A program made the translations under genes and the position numbers. The notes beneath the pieces were generated by a model. It ran no database searches, had not been told where the DNA came from, and worked only from the letters and a program-made list of their open reading frames with translations. A DNA stretch of 63,872 nucleotides, the filler included, from Octopus bimaculoides (lineage: Eukaryota): assembly GCF_001194135.2 (NCBI RefSeq). It is 5 parts of 5 records of this genome, joined end to end, with 100 filler letters (N's around TTAATTAATTAA, not from the genome) between each part and the next. Parts side by side here need not be neighbours in the genome. Positions count along the whole stretch, not along the records: positions 30,293 to 42,558 come from NC_068983.1; positions 42,659 to 51,647 come from NC_068987.1; 3 more parts are not named here. One strand, written 5' to 3'. The first letter of the stretch is position 1; every line of letters begins with the position of its first letter. Positions 35,486 through 47,773 of this stretch are shown here, piece by piece.

Positions 35486-36329
35486 CATAAAAATATAAAA
35501 ATATATAGACACACGTTAGTCATACAAAAGCATGCATGCATACGTTTATACATGCATACATAAAAAATATGTAGACACAATGCATCCCCGTGTGTATGTG
35601 CAAAAACTTTTCTAATATACAACTTTGTTGTTTGCTAGTTAGAGAACAGGGAATAGAAAGAGGAAACAAAATGTATCAGAATAAATAGTGGTTGGGGGTG
35701 AGGGAGAAAAGAGGAGAGATGTAAGAAAATAGCGTACCTAATAGTATCTAGTTGTGAGAAAAAGAAAATATATGATACAGAAATGTGTTTAGTCAAGCCC
35801 GTATATGCACACATATAAATAGACGTATAAACAAGCCCACATAAACACATACATACATATATATATATATANNNNNNNNNNNNNNNNNNNNNNNNNNNNN
35901 NNNNNNNNNNNNNNNNNNNNNNNNNNNNNNNNNNNNNNNNNNNNNNNNNNNNNNNNNNNNNNNNNNNNNNNNNNNNNNNNNNNNNNNNNNNNNNNNNNNN
36001 NNNNNNNNNNNNNNNNNNNNNNNNNNNNNNNNNNNNNNNNNNNNNNNNNNNNNNNNNNNNNNNNNNNNNNNNNNNNNNNNNNNNNNNNNNNNNNNNNNNN
36101 NNNNNNNNNNNNNNNNNNNNNNNNNNNNNNNNNNNNNNNNNNNNNNNNNNNNNNNNNNNNNNNNNNNNNNNNNNNNNNNNNNNNNNNNNNNNNNNNNNNN
36201 NNNNNNNNNNNNNNNNNNNNNNNNNNACATACACAATACATATATACGCATACGTATATATTCAAAACTGTGTGTCTGGTGTATTGAATATTATAAGAAT
36301 AAAAATAGAATAATAATAAATAAGAATAA

Positions 36330-37775
36330 AAAGTGTTGGTCAAGAGAATTAGCCATAAATGTAACTTCAAATTTACGTACTTCGATATTGTCGACTTTTA
36401 CCGGTCAATATTCAGGCCTTTACTTCTTAAAGCATTTGACTTCGCCAAACAGTACGTCACCATCGACCGTCCGGATATAGATATTATCCTGCATGCAAGG
36501 AAATACCTAATTTTTTTATGACGACTCCACCTGGGTGCAAAAGAGCGAGGATTCTTTATTTGATGTGCCTACGGAGGTGTATGATGAATCAGAATTATGT
36601 ATGCTTATAGGAGCTTATATTTTGAACAAAATTGCATCTGGAATTCCCTTTTATAGATGCAAGATTATACAGGGATGACGGTCTTATACTCACCTGCACT
36701 AGGAACAGTCATGCGTTAGATAAACTTAGGAATAATCTCATTACATTCTTCCAAAGAATGGGCTTACAAATACTGATAGAAACTAACTTAAATAATGTAG
36801 ATTTTTAGATATTAATTTAGATTTTCAGTTAGATAAATTTCAATTAGAGAAATTTTCAATTAGATAAAGAGTAAGCCCAATGAAAAGTTATATTATATTA
36901 ACAAAAACATAAGTCATCCACCCGTAATACTGAAGACTCTAGTTAGTAATATAGGAAGGCGCATATCAACCATATCTTCAGACGAGACAACGTTTCAAAA
37001 TGCCGCGCTGTATTATAATAATAATGCATTAAAAAACAGTGGATTCTCGGAGAACATCCGGTATATTCAAAATACAACTAATAATAATTAGGGAAGTTTT
37101 GTGGTTATATCCGACACTTAACATTGCCGTAAAAACAAATATAGGCAGGGAATTCTTAAAACTAGTTTCCAAGCACTTTCAAGCAAACCATAAGTTCTAT
37201 AGAATTTTTGATAGGAGAACGCTGAAGGTTAGCTATTCTTGTTGCAAGAGTTTCGCCTCTTTATTTATATAAGCTCAACGAAAAAAAATCATTAGAACTA
37301 ACTACAGTGCTGGAAATAATAAGAAGCGTTGTAATTATAAAGAGCAAATGTACTGTCCGTTAGGATGAAATTGCCTAGAGAAAAGAATAGTATGTAGTGC
37401 TAAGGTGAAAATAAATGGCTCACAAGAATACAAGACACATACAGGAGCTTCGGAAAATTCTTCAGGACTAGATTATATTCCTATCGAAATTCATTTCGAT
37501 ACTCTGAAAATAGGATAGCAACGAGTCTCGATAAATACGTCTGTCAATTGAAAGAAAATGATGCCTGTCCTTTCAAAATTAGCTGGACAATCTTGGGGAA
37601 AGTAGTACCATATAAGCATGGAGCATACAGAGGCCCATTGACGCGCAATGTGCCTGACTGAAAAGATTTTCCTCCTGTTCCATGATAAATACGGACTGAG
37701 CCAAAGACAGGAGCTTTTAAATTCTTGCAGACACGCAACGAAGTATAAAATATCAAGTAAAAAAATACCGTACGG
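36330..37775 (+). mobile_element. Penelope-like retroelement, lineage 2, decayed RT plus C-terminal GIY-YIG endonuclease
   Basis: Peptides FDIVDFYRSI, FDVPTEVYDESELCMLIG, LYRDDGL (about 36665), SHPPVIL, then CPLG*NCLEKRIV...KTHTGASEN...WTILGK...CAMCLTEK...NSCRH; many lesions. Confidence 0.85.
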
Positions 37776-38159
37776 GTAATATTGACTTTCTCATTTGATT
37801 TTCACTTTTTCACCTACAGTATATTATTCATTTTACATTTTCACCTTTCAAGAAAACCTTCGACTGGATACAAACTATAATGCTTATTTTTATTTTATTT
37901 TCATTTTTATAATCTTTATTTTCATTTATTTATTGTAACTATTACTTTTAAATGCACCTTTATAAAACATAATTGTTTTTTACATTGCAATTTAACCCAT
38001 AAAATATCTTTTAACGTTGATTTTGTAATGCATCTATACAGGTGCGTTTAACATCACCCAAAATGTGTTTTAAATATATGGAATACCTGGATGTATTTTT
38101 AGTAATTTGTTTTATTTTTTATTAATATCTTTTATTATTTTATTATTATTATTGTTAAT

Positions 38160-38270
38160 AAGGCGACAGTACTGGCAGAATATTAAAGAGCTGGACAAGA
38201 TCTTTAGCGATATTTCGCCAGTTGCTAAGTTTCTGACTAAAATTTCGCCGAGTCAAAATTTTACTCCTTT
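38160..38270 (+). mobile_element. Diverged SINE family B head
   Basis: AAGGCGAC...CTGGCAGAAT...TTTAGCGATATTTCG...AAATTTCGCCGAG. Confidence 0.55.
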
Positions 38271-39181
38271 TCAAATTTATATTACACAAAATAATATTTT
38301 TAGCAATTTAATTTTAAAATTATAACATATTTTATTTAATCTACACCTATGAAATTGTTCCTTCTTTCAATATTTTTTATTTTCATTTATTTTTATTCTA
38401 TTTTTATACTTATATTAATATTCAATACAGCAGATACATAGTTTTGAATATACCCGTTTGTGTATATATGTTTATGTATATATATATTTATTTATTTATT
38501 TATTTATGTGTTTCAGCCAAGTGGCTGCGGTCATGCTGGTGCACCAACGTGATTTTCACGTTCCTTGCATATATATNNNNNNNNNNNNNNNNNNNNNNNN
38601 NNNNNNNNNNNNNNNNNNNNNNNNNNNNNNNNNNNNNNNNNNNNNNNNNNNNNNNNNNNNNNNNNNNNNNNNNNNNNNNNNNNNNNNNNNNNNNNNNNNN
38701 NNNNNNNNNNNNNNNNNNNNNNNNNNNNNNNNNNNNNNNNNNNNNNNNNNNNNNNNNNNNNNNNNNNNNNNNNNNNNNNNNNNNNNNNNNNNNNNNNNNN
38801 NNNNNNNNNNNNNNNNNNNNNNNNNNNNNNNNNNNNNNNNNNNNNNNNNNNNNNNNNNNNNNNNNNNNNNNNNNNNNNNNNNNNNNNNNNNNNNNNNNNN
38901 NNNNNNNNNNNNNNNNNNNNNNNNNNNNNNNNNNNNNNNNNNNNNNNNNNNNNNNNNNNNNNNNNNNNNNNNNNNNNNNNNNNNNNNNNNNNNNNNNNNN
39001 NNNNNNNNNNNNNNNNNNNNNNNNNNNNNNNNNNNNNNNNNNNNNNNNNNNNNNNNNNNNNNNNNNNNNNNNNNNNNNNNNNNNNNNNNNNNNNNNNNNN
39101 NNNNNNNNNNNNNNNNNNNNNNNNNNNNNNNNNNNNNNNNNNNNNNNNNNNNNNNNNNNNNNNNNNNNNNNNNNNNNNNNN

Positions 39182-39221
<40 letters not shown>

Positions 39222-40242
39222 GGTGTGTGTATGTTTATATGTATATAATGTGGGTATGCTTATACAACTCTATTTATATGTGTGCGTATATAGGCTGGAA
39301 TATACACACATAAAAGTATTATAGTATCTTATCTTTTCTTCTGTTTCTCATTATCAGATACTATTAAGACCGCTATTATCATACATTTCTCTTTCTCATT
39401 CTTTCCACACTACTACTTATTCCGATTCTTTGTGATCTCTTTTCTTTTCCTCTTTCCTCTAACTAGCAACGACAACGTTGTATATTAGAAACATATTAGC
39501 ACATACGCACAGGGACGCATTGCGTGTATATGTGTGTGGATATCTATGTATACATTAGTAAATATATTCATATTAATATTTGCCTGTATATGTTTGTATG
39601 TATGTATGTATCAGGTTTTCTACATATTAGCGTACATATGTATACATGTTTTTAGTGTGTGCATTTATAAATGGATTCATGTATGCGTTTGTATGTGAAT
39701 GACGTGTGTCGATATATTTTTTTATTCTTATGCTTTTAAATTTTCTGTAAGTGGATATTTTATTATAAACAGATGCACATTTTAATTAAACTTATTTTAA
39801 CATTAATTAATTTACACTGGACATGTATGTTTTTCCTTCTCAACTGAAATTTATTTTTGATTTAAGGTTTTCTTCGATTTTACACAATACGATATTTAAC
39901 TTTATATCACCGTTTCTTCAAAAAAAAAAAAAAAAGAAGAAACGTTACTTGAAACGACCAATAAAATGAAACCAAATTCAACTACACATCTGTCAATGTA
40001 AATGTAAATTGTACAATATATTTATACATATAACCTTGATTCTTGTACCATTCTTAATTACAACTGTCCGACGAACGGGAACGTGATACTTTGAGTAGTA
40101 CTTTTTTGTGATATTTTTGTGATGATTTTGCAGCTTTAATGATAAAGCTTATTAATCTGCCTCTCGTATTCGAATACTATTTATTCCGACCTTGTTTCAG
40201 ATTTATGTGTTGACTCTGTCGCGCGCGCGCATACACATGCAC

Positions 40243-40287
<45 letters not shown>

Positions 40288-40562
40288 NNNNNNNNNNTGA
40301 CTGTCTGTCTGTCTGTCTGTCTGACTGTATGTATGTATGTGCATATGTATGCGTCTGTATAGACATATATACATACATACACACGCACACAGACACAGAC
40401 ACAGACACAGACAGACAGACAGATACACAGACATACACTTACACACACACACTCACACACACAAATACACACATATCTGTTTCAGATACATACACATGTA
40501 TCTAGCTCTCTGATTACCTGTATGTGTACTTTTCTATGTAGCTACATGCATAAGCTGCAAAA

Positions 40563-40593
<31 letters not shown>

Positions 40594-41480
40594 NNNNNNN
40601 NNNNNNNNNNNNNNNNNNNNNNNNNNNNNNNNNNNNNNNNNNNNNNNNNNNNNNNNNNNNNNNNNNNNNNNNNNNNNNNNNNNNNNNNNNNNNNNNNNNN
40701 NNNNNNNNNNNNNNNNNNNNNNNNNNNNNNNNNNNNNNNNNNNNNNNNNNNNNNNNNNNNNNNNNNNNNNNNNNNNNNNNNNNNNNNNNNNNNNNNNNNN
40801 NNNNNNNNNNNNNNNNNNNNNNNNNNNNNNNNNNNNNNNNNNNNNNNNNNNNNNNNNNNNNNNNNNNNNNNNNNNNNNNNNNNNNNNNNNNNNNNNNNNN
40901 NNNNNNNNNNNNNNNNNNNNNNNNNNNNNNNNNNNNNNNNNNNNNNNNNNNNNNNNNNNNNNNNNNNNNNNNNNNNNNNNNNNNNNNNNNNNNNNNNNNN
41001 NNNNNNNNNNNNNNNNNNNNNNNNNNNNNNNNNNNNNNNNNNNNNNNNNNNNNNNNNNNNNNNNNNNNNNNNNNNNNNNNNNNNNNNNNNNNNNNNNNNN
41101 NNNNNNNNNNNNNNNNNNNNNNNNNNNNNNNNNNNNNNNNNNNNNNNNNNNNNNNNNNNNNNNNNNNNNNNNNNNNNNNNNNNNNNNNNNNNNNNNNNNN
41201 NNNNNNNNNNNNNNNNNNNNNNNNNNNNNNNNNNNNNNNNNNNNNNNNNNNNNNNNNNNNNNNNNNNNNNNNNNNNNNNNNNNNNNNNNNNNNNNNNNNN
41301 NNNNNNNNNNNNNNNNNNNNNNNNNNNNNNNNNNNNNNNNNNNNNNNNNNNNNNNNNNNNNNNNNNNNNNNNNNNNNNNNNNNNNNNNNNNNNNNNNNNN
41401 NNNNNNNNNNNNNNNNNNNNNNNNNNNNNNNNNNNNNNNNNNNNNNNNNNNNNNNNNNNNNNNNNNNNNNNNNNNNNNNN

Positions 41481-41515
<35 letters not shown>

Positions 41516-42249
41516 TATATACATAGATATATACATACATGTATATATATACACATACATATACACATTCACGCATACACGCGCGCACACACACAGATAC
41601 GCACACGCCCATATGTGTGTATGTATGTGTTCGGAAATAAATAGCATTCTATACAAAATGTCACTAGACAATAGTTTATTTCAAAGCTTGTTTACTTCGC
41701 AATTTAACCCCGATTGTCTGTTAGGATATATAGATGTCATCACATTGCACTACTGAAACAGTTTTTCATGTGTAAATCCTGATAACATGTAAACAGTGTT
41801 TCGATCTAATATGAAATATTGTTCCAGAAGACTGCCTTATCAGGTGATGCATTATCTTACATTTTTTTCTGGTTTTAGTTATTATTTTTTGTCTCTCCCG
41901 TCAGTTTCGATTGAGTACGTTCTTATTGTTGCGAGTATCAAGTTGAATGAAAGCATTAAAAACAAAACTACAAATCCAAATATCTCATAATAGTAATTGA
42001 TTAATATTGGCTATATTTTTTAATATGAGTTGTTCACATGAAGAAGGGTAGTGAATAACCTCTGACCTTTTGTCGTAGCTCTGACAGTGATATAGAGAAA
42101 GGGAAAGATAAACAATGAATGATATGTTTGTAATGTAGGGGTCAAAATATAAAGACATTGAGTTATTTCTAGGCTGGAGATCGCATCCGAATGCTTTCAA
42201 ATAATACTCTTAACTAAAAGGATTCAATGCCTAGGTGAGGAAGTCTCTT

Positions 42250-42558
42250 TACTCTTTTACTTATTTCAGTCATTTGACTGCGGCCGTGCTGGAGCACCGC
42301 CTTTAGTCGAGCAAGTCGACCCCAGGACTTATTCTTTGGAAGCCTAGTACTTATTTTATCGGTCTCTTTTGCCGAACCGCTAAGTTACTGGGACGTAAAC
42401 ACACCAGCATCGGTTGTCAAGCGATGTTGGGGGGACAAACACAGACACAGAAACACATACACATACAAATATATACATATATACGACGGGCTTCTTTCAG
42501 TTTCCGTCTACCAAATCCACTCACAAGGTTTTGGTATGCCCGAGGCTATAGTAGAAGA
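42250..42558 (-). mobile_element. SINE family A, running into an assembly join
   Basis: TTTCAGTCATTTGACTGCGGCC...CATCGGTTGTCAAGCGATGTTGG...CGACGGGCTTCTTTCAGTTTCCGTCTACC. Confidence 0.9.
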
Positions 42559-42602
42559 NNNNNNNNNNNNNNNNNNNNNNNNNNNNNNNNNNNNNNNNNN
42601 NN

Positions 42603-42614
42603 TTAATTAATTAA
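42603..42614. other. Artificial assembly linker TTAATTAATTAA between two 44-N runs
   Basis: As at 30237. Confidence 0.95.
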
Positions 42615-42837
42615 NNNNNNNNNNNNNNNNNNNNNNNNNNNNNNNNNNNNNNNNNNNNACTCTCGCCTCCCACACTTTCCATCACCACCACGCCACACCA
42701 CGCTACACCATACCACACAACACATCACATCATAACACACCACCACGCACACACGAGCACTGACCAATTCCCATCCCCACATTTTCACACCTTCACACCT
42801 ACATACACACACGCATACGTTAAGATCACCTGCAACC

Positions 42838-43270
42838 TGTTCAGGAGAACTTTCGGGCCGGGGTATCTGGATAATTACCAGAAATCCCTAGCTTGGCAGT
42901 ACTACCATTCGGCTTTGCCTGTTCGAGACAAGCTGTCTCGCCAACATGTCCGAGATGCGGGCCTGATAGGGAAACTGACTTGCACGCCTTCGTGGAGTAT
43001 CCGGAATTATCGGGACTGATAGCTTTTGTCGAGCAACTGTTGTCAACGATCGGAAGAGTACAGTTATCGGCCGAGTTTATTATCAAGCTTGTGCCGCCTC
43101 CTTCCGTTAACAGGGAAAGAAGGCTTGTATTTTCTGCGCAGTAGCTATACTGTCAGGGGTTAGTTAACTTCTTTAGTTACCACCTCGATAGCAAGATCAG
43201 GCTGGAGAAGAGATACCTGTCACAGGATATGTTCGCTAAAAGATGGAAGCAAGTAGTGAACAAGCTGTGA
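42838..43270 (+). mobile_element. L1/Tx1-type LINE ORF2 C-terminal fragment (zf-RVT-like zinc finger)
   Basis: Peptides QKSLAWQYYHSALPVRDKL, then (frameshift) SPTCPRCGPDRETDLHAF, then KIRLEKRYLSQDMFAKRW...KL*. Confidence 0.8.
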
Positions 43271-43797
43271 GTGACTGGAACCAGGTAAGTGGGGCCAAAA
43301 GGAAAAGTAAAGGTTCGAATCTGGCGGTTGGATGCCTTTCCTTCAGTCACACGTTATAAATTTTACAATGACCATTAGGTTTATATTGAAATTTTTAAAA
43401 GGAAAAACAGAAAAAAAAAATTTTTTAACAGCATGACATTTATATTNNNNNNNNNNNNNNNNNNNNNNNNNNNNNNNNNNNNNNNNNNNNNNNNNNNNNN
43501 NNNNNNNNNNNNNNNNNNNNNNNNNNNNNNNNNNNNNNNNNNNNNNNNNNNNNNNNNNNNNNNNNNNNNNNNNNNNNNNNNNNNNNNNNNNNNNNNNNNN
43601 NNNNNNNNNNNNNNNNNNNNNNNNNNNNNNNNNNNNNNNNNNNNNNNNNNNNNNNNNNNNNNNNNNNNNNNNNNNNNNNNNNNNNNNNNNNNNNNNNNNN
43701 NNNNNNNNNNNNNNNNNNNNNNNNNNNNNNNNNNNNNNNNNNNNNNNNNNNNNNNNNNNNNNNNNNNNNNNNNNNNNNNNNNNNNNNNNNNNNNNNN

Positions 43798-43829
<32 letters not shown>

Positions 43830-43849
43830 CGTGTGTGTGTGATTGTGTG

Positions 43850-44040
43850 TCTGTGTTTGCCGTATCACCACTTGACGATCGGTGTTGTGTGTTTACATCC
43901 CCGTACTTAACGGGTCGGCAAAAGAAACCAATTGAATAAATACCAGGTTTTAAAAAACATAAGTATTGGGGTGGATACATTTTATTAAAATTTCTTCGTC
44001 CCAGCATGGCCCCATTCTAATGACTGAAACAAGTAAAAAA
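43850..44040 (+). mobile_element. SINE family A, 3' half
   Basis: CACTTGACGATCGGTG...TTTACATCCCCGTAC...CAGCATGGCC...TAATGACTGAAACAAGTAAA. Confidence 0.8.
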
Positions 44041-44095
44041 ATATACATATATTTATATATGCACATTTATACACACACGTAATAGTACATATATT

Positions 44096-44375
44096 ACATA
44101 CGACGGGATTCTCATAGATTTTGTCGACTATTATCACTCATGGAGCATTGGTTGACCCGAGGCTATATCAGAAGACACTTACAGAAGCTGCCGCGCATTG
44201 CATCTGAACCTTAAACAATGTAACGTAGAAATGCTTGCGATCAATAGATCACGACTCATAACAATGTTATAATTAAACTAAAATTATATTTTTAGATACC
44301 GCCTAGTGCGGTCGAACCCATAACACATTGATCACGAAATAAGATTCCTTAATGACAAAGCCATGCCTGCACCAC
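44096..44375 (-). mobile_element. One or two diverged family A-like SINE heads
   Basis: CGACGGG...GACCCGAGGCTATA..AGAAGACACTT and GTCGAACCC...CAAAGCCATGCCTGCACC. Confidence 0.55.
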
Positions 44376-44798
44376 AACTATGCCTTCAAATACTGGCAAG
44401 TACTTTGTCAGCGTACAGCGCAACGCTAAGCTCAAAATTCTAACCACTTATTTTACGAAGTGCTTCTAGAGCTGGAGTAATTAAAATATGGTTTAATCCA
44501 ATCAGTGAACTGTAAATAGGTAAATGTGAAGAGACACTATTGAACTGTTTAATTGAATGACAAGTATTGGAGCGCTCTCGTTACACGGATACAGTTGACT
44601 GAGTTTCCTTAGCGCCAATTGTTCAAATGTCTTTTCAAAAATTTCTTTCAGCTGAAAGATTTATGGACGCGCCCGCGCTTGTCTTTTAAAAAATAAAATA
44701 GGATGCTGCCTGTTCTGGTGGAGTGTATGTTATTGCTGCTGCTGATGCTGCGTTGTTATTGCTGGTGTTCTTGATATAATCGTTGTTAGATTGGGAGT

Positions 44799-44808
44799 AT
44801 TCTTTCTT

Positions 44809-44896
<88 letters not shown>

Positions 44897-44940
44897 TTTT
44901 CTTTCTTTCTTTCTTTCTTTTATTTTATTTTATTTTATTT
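44799..44940. repeat. (TTTC)n followed by (TTTTA)n
   Basis: Direct reading. Confidence 0.95.
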
Positions 44941-45005
44941 CAAGAAGGTGAGGAATTTGCTTGTGGCCATGAGAATTTTAGTGGTTGCTTACCATGTTAT
45001 TTATG

Positions 45006-46010
45006 ATGGTAAAGTTGGAAATTGATGATGGTGATGGTGNNNNNNNNNNNNNNNNNNNNNNNNNNNNNNNNNNNNNNNNNNNNNNNNNNNNNNNNNNNNN
45101 NNNNNNNNNNNNNNNNNNNNNNNNNNNNNNNNNNNNNNNNNNNNNNNNNNNNNNNNNNNNNNNNNNNNNNNNNNNNNNNNNNNNNNNNNNNNNNNNNNNN
45201 NNNNNNNNNNNNNNNNNNNNNNNNNNNNNNNNNNNNNNNNNNNNNNNNNNNNNNNNNNNNNNNNNNNNNNNNNNNNNNNNNNNNNNNNNNNNNNNNNNNN
45301 NNNNNNNNNNNNNNNNNNNNNNNNNNNNNNNNNNNNNNNNNNNNNNNNNNNNNNNNNNNNNNNNNNNNNNNNNNNNNNNNNNNNNNNNNNNNNNNNNNNN
45401 NNNNNNNNNNNNNNNNNNNNNNNNNNNNNNNNNNNNNNNNNNNNNNNNNNNNNNNNNNNNNNNNNNNNNNNNNNNNNNNNNNNNNNNNNNNNNNNNNNNN
45501 NNNNNNNNNNNNNNNNNNNNNNNNNNNNNNNNNNNNNNNNNNNNNNNNNNNNNNNNNNNNNNNNNNNNNNNNNNNNNNNNNNNNNNNNNNNNNNNNNNNN
45601 NNNNNNNNNNNNNNNNNNNNNNNNNNNNNNNNNNNNNNNNNNNNNNNNNNNNNNNNNNNNNNNNNNNNNNNNNNNNNNNTGGTAGTGGTGGCGGTGGTGG
45701 TGGCGATGGTAGTGGTGGCGACGGTGGTGGCGGCGGCGGTGGTGGCGGTGGTGGTGGTGATAAGTGGTGTAGCAATCTAGATGGTGATGATGATGATGAT
45801 GACGACTACGAAGATGACGATGATGATGCAGACGAAGATGGGTGTAGTGATGTTGGTGATGGTGCTGCTGGTAGTTGTGATGTGATGGTGATGGTTGTGG
45901 TAGTGGCGGCAGCAGCGGTGATAGTGATGGTGATAATGATATGATGAACCCTCTGCTGCCGCTGCTCATGATGATGATGATGATGGTGGTGGTGATTGTC
46001 GGGGAAGAGC
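45006..46010. repeat. Compound (GGT/GAT/GGC)n tract spanning a 640-nt gap
   Basis: Direct reading. Confidence 0.9.
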
Positions 46011-46257
46011 GTGACGATGATAGTAGATTGTGCTCTTGTTAAGGTTTGCTAACGTTTACGACTCTACCTTTAGAGTCCAATTCCCGCTGACTCTAAAGGT
46101 AGAGTCAGCTTTGCCATTCACCTTTTTTCAAAGCTACCAAATAAACTAGAGTATCAACCAGTTACTGAGAGATCGATATAATCGTCTGCTCTGTTTCTCA
46201 TCCTAAAATTTGAGGCCGTCTGTCCCCACATAAAAAAACCAATATTTCCAGTAGTAG

Positions 46258-46474
46258 AAGGCGGCGAGCTGGCAGAATCATTAGCACACCAGGCAAATAA
46301 TTGGCGGCATTTCGTCCGTTTTTACGTTCTGAGTTCAAATTCTGCTGAGGTTGACTTTACCTTTCATCTTTTCAGGGACAATAAAGCAAGTACCAGTTGA
46401 GCACTGGGGTCGGTATCATTGACTAATCCACTTCCCCTAAATTGCTAGCCTTGTGACAAAATTCGAAACCACTT
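46258..46474 (+). mobile_element. SINE family B, full length, with 13-bp target site duplication
   Basis: TTTCCAGTAGTAG at 46245-46257 and 46475-46487 brackets head GGCGGCGAGCTGGCAGAATC through tail CAAAATTCGAAACC. Confidence 0.9.
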
Positions 46475-47667
46475 TTTCCAGTAGTAGTGATGGTAGTAGG
46501 GCTGATGGTACCGCCAACGTTATTGCTGTCTTTGTCGTTACTGCTGCTGTTGTAGTTCCAGTGACACTTAAGCTTTTCATAATGGTTTGAATAGCCAATT
46601 TCATACTGGATATAACGGTAGTAACATTTTTATTGTTGGCGAAACTGTTGCTGTCGTTGTTGTGATTATTGTTGTTGTGCCTGTTGTTTATCTATTACTT
46701 TGCTCTATTCTGACCAAGCACAACTTTGTTCAAAGCCGGATCTTGTTAAATTTCTTCCAATCACTAGAAGTATTAACATTTTCAACAGATTGTTTAAAAA
46801 AAAAAATTAGTTTCGATGTAATTTTGCATGTTGAGAAAATGAATGTGACACTGGCCACCAGCGTGCAAAACTATATCAATGTAGAAAATTTGAAAATATT
46901 CTGGTAGTTATTTCAGAAAATTTAAGTGGTTGGAGAGAATTTAATAAGATCCTAATTCTTTTCGAACATTACAAGTCTGCACTGGATTTGAGTTATAAAA
47001 CCATATGTAACTTTCACTTCTTTGCACAACTGAAGTCTTGCAGCTTGTTAATAAATGAATAAATGCATAAACACATAGGTAAATACAAAAATGAAATAAA
47101 TACGTGATAAATAATATATATATACATGTATGTACGCTCAGGTGTTTCAATTCAGTATCGGAATCTGATCGGGAACGAAATATAACTTCCAATGATGTTA
47201 CGAAAGCAAGTCGAAATAAATGAGCGAATCCGGAGAGTAAATATTCAGATACTAAAGAAACTCTGCGTGTTAATATATATCTCGGTGTGCATAGTTACTA
47301 GTAGGAGATGTCTAACATGTCTTTTTCTACATGCATACCTATGTAACTCCTATAAGCAATGAAACATATGTAATGCAGAATAAATATCATATCTCTTTCT
47401 AGTTTTCTGTTTTGGAATGTAATTACTCTGTAAAATGTATTTTCCAGTATTTCACGGTATTCTCCAGGATTTTCCACTTTCATATAAAGTCCAGCATTTT
47501 AAAATATACTTTGGAGTTTTGGAATATGAAGCTGTGCTTCATGAGGACACAGCTTGTATTATAATCCTCTCTACATATACATACCTACATAAACTACACG
47601 CATGCATGCATACATACATATATGTATGTATGTATATATATATATATATATATACGTATATATAAAC

Positions 47668-47703
<36 letters not shown>

Positions 47704-47713
47704 NNNNNNNNNN

Positions 47714-47773
<60 letters not shown>

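Noticed and set aside
42170-42240. 62-nt plus-strand exon-like cassette (LEIASECFQIILLTKRIQCL) with a GTGAG donor
   Set aside because: No recognisable peptide or partner exon within the same assembly piece; similar patterns occur by chance (for example a 6-nt one near 61512).
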